In this document: piece by piece, positions 26,143 to 33,467 of the stretch
Layout of the letters: each line of letters opens with the position of its first letter
Numbering within the stretch: the stretch's first letter is position 1
From: an uncultured Mediterraneibacter sp.
GTDB taxonomy: Bacteria; Bacillota; Clostridia; Lachnospirales; Lachnospiraceae
Direction of reading: 5' to 3'
DNA length: 33,467 nt
NCBI GenBank assembly: GCA_944375755.1
Contig: CALWBC010000057.1
Span: 1-33,467, forward strand
The notes under the pieces: model-generated
What the model was told of the DNA's origin: nothing
What the model saw: only the letters and a program-made list of their open reading frames with translations
The model's database searches: none
Made by a program: the position numbers and the translations under genes

Positions 26143-28197
26143 TCACAACATTTCCGGCAGGCAGATCGGCTTAAACACTGTTGCCGAATGCCGCCCCATA
26201 TTGATCACGATTTCTCCATTTTCTACAATATACTCATCGTAAGCTGTCGTATACCCGTCTTCATATGTATAGATCAGCCGTTTCATTCGTCCCTCACGCG
26301 GCACACCGCAGAGCCATACAGGAACCGTAACTTCTTTTAATTCCTTGCTGTTATTCAGGATTACAACGATCTGCTCTCCAGCCTGGAATCTGGCATATGC
26401 CAGCACATTATAATCAGCGAACAGAAGCTTGATGGATCCTGTCCGGATCGGCTTTTCTTCCTTGTGGATACGGATCATCTCTTTGTGGAACGCAAGCAGT
26501 TCCATATCTTCATGTCCCCACGGATAAGTTCTGCGGCTGTCCGGATCTGTAAATCCGCACACACCCACCTCGTCGCCATAGTAGATCGTAGGTGCTCCTA
26601 CCCAGGTCATCTGTACCGTAACCGCCTCACGCATTACTGCAGGGTTGACTCCCTCCTGAGCCGCTTTCGCCCCTACATGTTCCGCTCTTCCGACGATATG
26701 GTTCGTCCGCGTCAGGAAGCGGGAATGATCATGGTTGGAAAGTTCATTCATGGCCACCTGCAGAGAAGGCGTCAGCATGCTCGCCATAAAATGCCGCATC
26801 GCGCCGACAAAGTTATCCGGGTTGCCCCACAGATCCGTACGCCGCTCATCGCTGTGCTTCTCCATTCCGGTAAGGAACCAGGTCAGAGGTTCCATAAAAG
26901 CGTCATAGTTCATAACGCTGTCCCACTCATCTCCCTGAAGCCACTCGATCGGATCTCCATAATGTTCCGCCAGGATAAGCGCATTGGGATTCGCGGATTT
27001 CACTTCCTTGCGGAACCGCTTCCAGAACATATGATTATACTCATTGCTGCATCCCAGATCCGCCGCGACATCCAGACGCCATCCGTCTACATTATAAGGC
27101 GGAGAAACCCATTTCCTGCCTATATCCATCATATACTGCTCAAGTTCCGGGGAATCCTCATATGCCAGCTTCGGCAGAGTATCATGTCCCCACCAGCCGT
27201 CATAGCTTCCGTTATACGGCCACGCGGACTCGCTGTTGTCATGGAAATGGAAAAATCCCCTGTACGGGCTGTCCGCGCTGACATAGGCTCCCTTCGGATA
27301 TTCCGGCCTCTGTTCATATATTCTTTCTCTGTCCAGCCATTTATTAAAGGAACCGCAGTGATTGAACACACCGTCCAGGATCACTTTCATCCCGCGTCTG
27401 TGCATCTCCTCCACCAGTCTGGCGAAAAGTTCGTTGCTCGCTTCCAGGTTCCTGATATCTCCGACCCGCTTCTGATATTTTGTGGCCCCGACATTATCCC
27501 GGGCTCCCTCCGGGAGATTTTCCCCTCCGTCGGCCACGATCTTTCCATAGTGCGGATCAATATAGTCATAGTCCTGAATATCATACTTGTGATTGGACGG
27601 AGACACGAACAGCGGATTGAAATATATCACTTCGACTCCCAGATCCTGGAGGTAATCCAGCTTATCCATCACCCCCTGCAGATCCCCGCCATAAAAATTG
27701 CGGATATCCAGAGCCGCAGGCACCTGTTCCCAGTTTTCGATCTTCGCGCTGGGAGCTCCAATATAGATATACTCCCCGTTCTCCACATCATTCGATGGAT
27801 CTCCGTTGCAGAAACGGTCTACGAAAATCTGATACATTACTGCGCCTTTCGCCCAGTCCGGAGTTGAAAATCCCGGAACAATCGTAAACGCATAATAGTC
27901 TTCTCTGTGATCCGAAACACCATACCGGTTAAAATACCAGATCTGCTCTCCGCTCTTGATCTCAAAGGAGTAGCGGAACGGTTCGTCCCCCAGCTGCCAC
28001 TCGATCTCATAAAAATCAAACTCATCTCCGGAGCAGATCTTCCACATCGCATAACTGCGGTCTCCGACCAGCAGGCTGACCTCCTCCACGTCGTTATGCG
28101 CCGTCCGGAATTTCAATATAATTTTTTCACCCGGTTTTGGTTCGGCCGGAATCACATAATCCTGTGTGCCGTCACAGAACAGCGCTTCTCTGTTCAT
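26143..28197 (-). CDS. Glycoside hydrolase family 13 protein (neopullulanase/amylopullulanase-like, intracellular)
   Basis: 'YQIFVDRF', 'GGDLQG', 'SNHKYD', 'LDGVFNH'; catalytic 'GWRLDVA', 'LAEH', 'SNHD'; start 28197 (alternative TTG at 28206 overlapping the ftsH stop). Confidence 0.93.
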   Translation of the reverse strand: MNREALFCDGTQDYVIPAEPKPGEKIILKFRTAHNDVEEVSLLVGDRSYAMWKICSGDEFDFYEIEWQLGDEPFRYSFEIKSGEQIWYFNRYGVSDHREDYYAFTIVPGFSTPDWAKGAVMYQIFVDRFCNGDPSNDVENGEYIYIGAPSAKIENWEQVPAALDIRNFYGGDLQGVMDKLDYLQDLGVEVIYFNPLFVSPSNHKYDIQDYDYIDPHYGKIVADGGENLPEGARDNVGATKYQKRVGDIRNLEASNELFARLVEEMHRRGMKVILDGVFNHCGSFNKWLDRERIYEQRPEYPKGAYVSADSPYRGFFHFHDNSESAWPYNGSYDGWWGHDTLPKLAYEDSPELEQYMMDIGRKWVSPPYNVDGWRLDVAADLGCSNEYNHMFWKRFRKEVKSANPNALILAEHYGDPIEWLQGDEWDSVMNYDAFMEPLTWFLTGMEKHSDERRTDLWGNPDNFVGAMRHFMASMLTPSLQVAMNELSNHDHSRFLTRTNHIVGRAEHVGAKAAQEGVNPAVMREAVTVQMTWVGAPTIYYGDEVGVCGFTDPDSRRTYPWGHEDMELLAFHKEMIRIHKEEKPIRTGSIKLLFADYNVLAYARFQAGEQIVVILNNSKELKEVTVPVWLCGVPREGRMKRLIYTYEDGYTTAYDEYIVENGEIVINMGRHSATVFKPICLPEML

Positions 28198-28202
28198 AAA
28201 AC

Positions 28203-30044
28203 TCAAGCCTCCTTAGCGCCGCTGTCCTCAAATAGCGCTTCAAACTCGCTTCTTGTTATCTTCTCCTTCTCGAGCAGAAGTCTGGCACACGCATCAAGCA
28301 CATCATGGTGCTCCTGTATGATCGTACGCGCTTTCAGATAACACTCATCAATAATTCTCTTAACCTCTTCGTCGATCGTGCCTGCAACTTTTTCTCCATA
28401 TCCGCGGGATGTGTGTCCGAAATCGCGCCCGATAAACACTTCATCGCTGTCATTGTCATAATTGATCAGGCCAAGTCGCTCCGACATACCAAACTTGGTG
28501 ATCATTGATTTTGCAATCGCGGTAGCCTGTTTGATATCCTGTGACGCGCCTGTGGTAATGTCATCAAAGACCTCTTCCTCAGCCACTCGTCCGCCCAGAG
28601 CCACCGTAATCTCCTGGAGCATATGTCCTTTCGTATTAAACATGTCATCACGCTCCGGAAGCGGCATCGTATAACCGCCGGCTCCTCCTGTCGGTATGAT
28701 GGATACGCTGTACACCGGTCCCACATCCGGAAGAACATGGAACAGAATCGCGTGTCCCGATTCATGGTAGGCCGTGATCCTGCGTTCCTTCTCTGAGACA
28801 ATCCGGCTCTTTTTCTCCGGCCCGATTCCCACTTTCACGAACGCGTGCCGGATATCCTGCTGCTGGATAAACACACGGTTGTCTTTCGCCGCCAGAATGG
28901 CAGCCTCATTCAGCAGGTTCTCCAGATCAGCCCCCGTAAATCCCGCGGTTGTCTGCGCGATCTGCTTCAGATCCACATCCTCTCCCAGCGGTTTGTTCTT
29001 TGCATGGACTTTCAGGATCTCCTCCCTGCCACGCACATCCGGGCGGCCTACGATTACATTTCTGTCAAACCGTCCGGGCCTGAGGATGGCCGCATCAAGG
29101 ATATCCTTCCGGTTGGTCGCCGCCATAACGATAATTCCCTCGTTGACGCCAAAACCGTCCATCTCCACAAGAAGCTGGTTCAGCGTCTGCTCCCTCTCAT
29201 CATGTCCGCCGCCGAGACCGCTTCCGCGCCGTCTCGCGACCGCATCGATCTCATCGATAAATATGATACACGGAGCGTTCTTCTTCGCGTCCTGGAACAG
29301 ATCCCTCACACGGGACGCGCCTACGCCAACGAACATCTCCACAAAATCAGATCCGGAAATGCTGAAAAAAGGCACTCCCGCCTCACCTGCAACCGCTTTG
29401 GCCAGCAGGGTTTTACCGGTTCCCGGAGGTCCCTCCAGAAGCACTCCCTTCGGGATTCTGGCGCCTACCTGAACATATTTCTTCGGAGATTTCAGGAAAT
29501 CAACGATTTCCTCCAGCTCTTCCTTCTCCTCCTTCAGCCCTGCCACATCCTCAAATGTCACCTTGATCTCGTCGTGGTTCGTCATCCGCGCCCGGCTCTT
29601 CCCGAAGTTCATCGCCTTGGCGTTCGCTCCGCCGTTCTGCCGGTTCATCAAAAAGAAGATGAGAAGCACACCGCCCAGGGTAATCAGCAGAGGCAGCATC
29701 ACGGTTGTAAATACAGACTCCTCCGGCACGGCAGAAAGTTCATATACCACACCGTTCTGATCCAGAAGATCCTCCACCTTTTCCACATTGGACACATTGA
29801 CAGATCTTGCCGCATCTTCATCCTTCAGCATGAAGGACACCGTACCTGTAGGCACGGCGCTGTTCTGATCAATATATACTTCCGTCACATTGTCCTGTTC
29901 CACTTCGGAGATGAAATCCGTATAACTCATCTCCTGCCGGTGCACTTGCAGCCGGCTCGCCATCCAGAGCACCAGCACGACAAGCACGATAAACATCAGT
30001 ATTGTCGAGCTGTTGACGCTCCTGTATTTTCTGTTATTGTCCAA
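28203..30044 (-). CDS. ftsH: ATP-dependent zinc metalloprotease FtsH
   Basis: Two TMs, 'GPPGTGKT', 'IFIDEID', SRH 'RPGRFD', 'HESGH'; TTG start with AAGGAG. Confidence 0.98.
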   Translation of the reverse strand: MDNNRKYRSVNSSTILMFIVLVVLVLWMASRLQVHRQEMSYTDFISEVEQDNVTEVYIDQNSAVPTGTVSFMLKDEDAARSVNVSNVEKVEDLLDQNGVVYELSAVPEESVFTTVMLPLLITLGGVLLIFFLMNRQNGGANAKAMNFGKSRARMTNHDEIKVTFEDVAGLKEEKEELEEIVDFLKSPKKYVQVGARIPKGVLLEGPPGTGKTLLAKAVAGEAGVPFFSISGSDFVEMFVGVGASRVRDLFQDAKKNAPCIIFIDEIDAVARRRGSGLGGGHDEREQTLNQLLVEMDGFGVNEGIIVMAATNRKDILDAAILRPGRFDRNVIVGRPDVRGREEILKVHAKNKPLGEDVDLKQIAQTTAGFTGADLENLLNEAAILAAKDNRVFIQQQDIRHAFVKVGIGPEKKSRIVSEKERRITAYHESGHAILFHVLPDVGPVYSVSIIPTGGAGGYTMPLPERDDMFNTKGHMLQEITVALGGRVAEEEVFDDITTGASQDIKQATAIAKSMITKFGMSERLGLINYDNDSDEVFIGRDFGHTSRGYGEKVAGTIDEEVKRIIDECYLKARTIIQEHHDVLDACARLLLEKEKITRSEFEALFEDSGAKEA

Positions 30045-30059
30045 AATTTCCGCTCCTTC

Positions 30060-30590
30060 CTATTCTTCCAGACCTTCCACCACGCCTACGTAAGGAAGAT
30101 TTCTGTATTTCTGGGCATAGTCCAGTCCATACCCCACCACGAATTCGTCCGGAATTTCGAACCCGCAGTAATCCACTTTCACATCTTTCACTCTTCTGTC
30201 CGGTTTGTCCAGAAGGGTGCACAGACGGATGCTGGCAGGATTTCTCTTCTTCAGAACATCAATCAGGTAATAAAGTGTATTTCCCGAATCGATGATATCC
30301 TCAACAATCAGCACCTCTTTATTTTCAATTGACTCGTCCAGATCCTTTGCAATGCGGACAACACCGCTGGAAGCGGTTCCGTCGCCGTAGCTTCCGACAC
30401 ACATAAAGTCCATGGAAACCGGCACCGTGATTCTTTTTGCCAGCTCGCACATGAAAAATACGCCGCCCTTTAACACACAGATCAGATGGATCTGTTTTCC
30501 TTTATAATCTTCGCTGATCTGTCTGCCCAGCTCCCTGATTCTCTCGTCCACTTTTTCCTCCGGAACAAGTACTCTGATCGTCTCTGACAT
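30060..30590 (-). CDS. hpt: Hypoxanthine phosphoribosyltransferase
   Basis: 'VLKGG', 'VLIVEDIIDSGNTL', 'FVVGYGLDY'. Confidence 0.97.
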   Translation of the reverse strand: MSETIRVLVPEEKVDERIRELGRQISEDYKGKQIHLICVLKGGVFFMCELAKRITVPVSMDFMCVGSYGDGTASSGVVRIAKDLDESIENKEVLIVEDIIDSGNTLYYLIDVLKKRNPASIRLCTLLDKPDRRVKDVKVDYCGFEIPDEFVVGYGLDYAQKYRNLPYVGVVEGLEE

Positions 30591-32100
30591 TTTTCTTTTC
30601 CTCCGTTATCTTTATCTCAAGAATCTTCTTCGTTGTGCTTCTTACCTGATACGCCCGGCTCATTCTTCTTCCGGGAATCCAAATGATATGTTCTCCATCA
30701 GCTATGAGAAGCATGTTTTCTCTTTCCTCCCGCGGGATCTTTTCATTGATAAAATAGGATTTCAGCTTCTGGCGTCCCCCTTTCTCATCCACCGTCAGGT
30801 AGTCGCCGCTTCTCCTTGTCCTCGCGTAAAGACTGTATTTTATTATATCATAATCAAACCATTTCGTGTAGCTTTTTTGCGGGATCTGCATCGCTGCGGA
30901 CACATCCTGTCCTGTCAGGAACCTGCAGGTTACCGTCCCCTTTCCGCCCGGCAGCCGCACCTCTCCCGGAACCTTCAGCTCCACTCCCTGCGAAAGCGCA
31001 TCTTTTTCTCCGTCTCCGGAAAGCTCCTGCTGCCCGGACCGCTTTTCCCCACGCGCCGAAGGACAACGTTTCAGCAGAATTCCATCATAGGTCCGAAGCG
31101 CTTTCACATTCCCCGGCAGATCTGCTTTTCTCCCCGTCTGCCGGTCAAAAAGAGCCATAAGATCCTGAACGTGTACGGCCTCGATATCTCTCTGGCCTCC
31201 CCGCACATGCGCAATACAGTCTCTGAGCAGCTGTTTTTGCACGGCAGGATGCTCCCGGCGGAAAGGCTCCGCTTTTATGCAAACCATTTCTCCCTCCGGC
31301 AGTTCTTTCCCGGCGGATGCCGTTCCGGGCCAGACGGTTTCCACACAGCGCTTTTTCGCTGCCTCCACGCCCTGTTCCAGATAGCTCCACACATCCTGCG
31401 CCTGTCTGGACAGTTCATCCAGATGGCGGCACACACCGGCATTGACCTGCTCCGCCAGCGCCGGCATGATGTGGTGCCGGATCCGGTTTCTCGTATAGTC
31501 ATCCCCGCTGTTTGTCGCATCCTCGCACCACCGGATACCTTTCGCGCGAAGACAGTCCTCAATCTCCCCGCGTCCCAGAATCAGAAGGGGTCTGATCCAC
31601 CTGCCGTGAACCGGCCGGATACCGCACAGGCCCTTCAGTCCCGTCCCCCGCGCCAGGTTCATCAGAACCGTTTCCGCATTATCGTCTCTGTGATGAGCGG
31701 TAGCGATTCTGGTTTCCTTGATCCAGGCGCCGTCCTCGGTCCGGCACATTGACTCAAATGCCTCCCGGCGGACCATTCTCCCTGCTTCCTCGGTAGATTG
31801 TTTCCTCTTTCTGGCAATTAATTCCACATTTTCCCGAAAAATGCGGCACTCCACTCCCAGCGACCCGCACAGCGCACGCACATATTCTTCATCCGCGTCC
31901 GCCTCAGCTCCCCGGAGCCCGTGATTCACATGGCACACCCGGATGTTAAATTCCAGTCTTTCTCTGAGCGCACAGAGCACAAAAAGCAGGCATACCGAAT
32001 CCGCTCCTCCCGATACGCCTGCTATCACCGTGTCTCCTTTCCGGATCATCTGATATTTACGGATAAATTCTTCTACTTTTTTCTCTGTTCTTTCCATCAT
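30502..32100 (-). CDS. tilS: tRNA(Ile)-lysidine synthase
   Basis: PP-loop 'SGGADS', 'HVNHGLRG', 'AHHRDDNAET', 'DATN..YTRNRIR'; in the spoIIE-tilS-hpt-ftsH context. Confidence 0.96.
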   Translation of the reverse strand: MMERTEKKVEEFIRKYQMIRKGDTVIAGVSGGADSVCLLFVLCALRERLEFNIRVCHVNHGLRGAEADADEEYVRALCGSLGVECRIFRENVELIARKRKQSTEEAGRMVRREAFESMCRTEDGAWIKETRIATAHHRDDNAETVLMNLARGTGLKGLCGIRPVHGRWIRPLLILGRGEIEDCLRAKGIRWCEDATNSGDDYTRNRIRHHIMPALAEQVNAGVCRHLDELSRQAQDVWSYLEQGVEAAKKRCVETVWPGTASAGKELPEGEMVCIKAEPFRREHPAVQKQLLRDCIAHVRGGQRDIEAVHVQDLMALFDRQTGRKADLPGNVKALRTYDGILLKRCPSARGEKRSGQQELSGDGEKDALSQGVELKVPGEVRLPGGKGTVTCRFLTGQDVSAAMQIPQKSYTKWFDYDIIKYSLYARTRRSGDYLTVDEKGGRQKLKSYFINEKIPREERENMLLIADGEHIIWIPGRRMSRAYQVRSTTKKILEIKITEEKKNVRDDQSTCSGGKSGRENQGAGQTDQRRL

Positions 32101-32106
32101 ATGTAA

Positions 32107-32135
32107 ACTATATACAATTCATTCCGAAAAGTAAA
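32107..32135 (-). promoter_or_regulatory. Putative sigma-A promoter producing a leaderless tilS mRNA
   Basis: TTTACT, 17 bp, TATAGT, then 6 nt to the ATG; no Shine-Dalgarno sequence. Confidence 0.6.
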
Positions 32136-32144
32136 GCGCTTCGT

Positions 32145-33467
32145 TCATCCTTCCCAGATCCCCACTGCCAGAACCGTCATGTCATCCGCCGGCTCTTTCC
32201 CGGTCCATGCCAGCACCTGCTCCAGTATATGATGCGCCATTTCCTTCGGATTTGTGATCGCACTTCCCTGTATAATTGTTTCCAGCAGGATATCCTGCTC
32301 CCCCACCGGAAGGGCATCCAGAATCCCGTCGGTCACCATAATGACGAAGTCTCCGTCTTCCAGCTTTCTGCTGACCGAATCGATTTCAATCCGGTTGACC
32401 ACCCCGATCGGAAGGCTGGTGGAACTCAGGTGCTCCACCCGGTCCTTTTTCTTAATAAAGGTAGAAGACGCGCCTGCCTTGATAATCTCGCACCTGCCTG
32501 TATACAGATCAAAAACCGTCATATCAACTGTGGAGTAATGGATCTCTTCCCGCCCCATCACCAGAGTCGTATTGATCATCTGGATTGCCGTCTTCTCCGG
32601 GAATCCCGCATTCAGGAGCTCCTCCAGCAGTTCAATCACAAGCGTGCTCTCCCTGCACGCTTCTTCCCCCGCTCCCATTCCGTCCGAGAGGACCACGGCC
32701 TGACGCCCTCCGGGCAGCTCCATCATGGTAAAGTTATCCCCGGAGATCCGGGAGCAGCCTTTCCCGATCCTCGCGGTCCCCTGCATGGTATAAAAGGCCG
32801 GACCTTCCCGGCAGACAATCGTTGCGTACCGGCTGCCAAGCATCTGCGGGATATCGGAAGGCAGGATAAATCTGCGCCCGGTCAGATCCGACACTGCTTT
32901 TACCAGTTCTTTTACAGGGATCTTTTTATTTCCCATGCTGCGCGCCGTAACCCGAATTTCCAGGTGTCCGTCCGAGTTCATGAAAAAGCGGGTATACAGA
33001 ACCCGTACTCCTTTCCTCCTGAGCTGCGCCATCAGTTTCTTCTCCAGTCTTTCGTCTGTAAATATACTGTCCTCCAGCTCTTTCGCGGTACTGCTGATCA
33101 TATCCGCAAAAGTATCCATCTGAATCGCGCAGCTCTCCCTGCTTCGCGCAATCCGGTTTACCCATATGATATTCTGCCTCGCGTCGTGAAACCCTTCCAG
33201 CATCTCCCTCAGAAACCTGGGAGCCATAATGCACCGCTGCATCAGTTTCCGCTTTGTCTCTGTGTTCAGTTCATTTCCATACTGATCCACCGCCGCCAGA
33301 ATCTCATACCCCATCTGGTACGTGTGGACAAAATTTTCTCCCCAGCACCAGTCGCATTTCTCGCATTTCTCACAAACTTTCTCGCGCACGCGGAGAAACA
33401 TTCCCTCCACTTCCTCATCAGAAAAAGCCTGTCGTTTCTCCTCCAGTCCAAGGAATGTCCTTGACAG
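32145..33467 (-). CDS. spoIIE: Stage II sporulation protein E family PP2C phosphatase (5' end outside window)
   Basis: 'CEKCEKCDWCW', 'SGDNF', 'LSDGMGAG', 'KAGASSTF', 'MVTDG', 'DDMTV'; frame open to the window edge; upstream of tilS. Confidence 0.9.
   Translation of the reverse strand: MSRTFLGLEEKRQAFSDEEVEGMFLRVREKVCEKCEKCDWCWGENFVHTYQMGYEILAAVDQYGNELNTETKRKLMQRCIMAPRFLREMLEGFHDARQNIIWVNRIARSRESCAIQMDTFADMISSTAKELEDSIFTDERLEKKLMAQLRRKGVRVLYTRFFMNSDGHLEIRVTARSMGNKKIPVKELVKAVSDLTGRRFILPSDIPQMLGSRYATIVCREGPAFYTMQGTARIGKGCSRISGDNFTMMELPGGRQAVVLSDGMGAGEEACRESTLVIELLEELLNAGFPEKTAIQMINTTLVMGREEIHYSTVDMTVFDLYTGRCEIIKAGASSTFIKKKDRVEHLSSTSLPIGVVNRIEIDSVSRKLEDGDFVIMVTDGILDALPVGEQDILLETIIQGSAITNPKEMAHHILEQVLAWTGKEPADDMTVLAVGIWEG

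Noticed and set aside
25849-26340. 163-aa plus-strand ORF in the GH53-GH13 gap
   Set aside because: Crosses a terminator and the GH13 3' end, weak start, no motifs
26464-33464. Long plus-strand ORFs (467, 495, 354 and 411 aa) opposite GH13, ftsH, tilS and spoIIE
   Set aside because: Antisense shadows of conserved genes, with no recognisable motifs

Overview
Chromosomal window from a spore-forming Clostridia bacterium, probably Lachnospiraceae-like (inferred from gene content and order). Bases 1-10 kb form an accessory mosaic: a partial MATE gene, a truncated CPBP protease, an EcsAB-like ABC pair, two GNATs, yjdF with its riboswitch, a truncated AAA/PD-(D/E)XK gene, and XRE, MarR and PadR regulators, the last two with clear operators. 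The remainder is mostly core genome on the minus strand: spoIIE'-tilS-hpt-ftsH-GH13, a cell-wall-anchored GH53 galactanase, pdxK, an FHA protein, aroK, murA, a CapA-family protein, metK with a SAM-I riboswitch, and a two-component system. DUF1015 and map lie on the plus strand. No transposase, CRISPR array, tRNA or rRNA was seen. The most striking signal is non-coding. Between the convergent map and pdxK genes lie two inverted ~185-nt elements that share near-identical 33-nt and 38-nt arms, while their outer stems and ~90-nt inner hairpins differ in sequence but keep their pairing. Other signals are a 156-nt element with 24-bp perfect inverted repeats in the metK leader, a promoter overlapping the metK stop codon that points into a terminator ahead of the two-component genes, and an apparently leaderless tilS-hpt-ftsH transcript.
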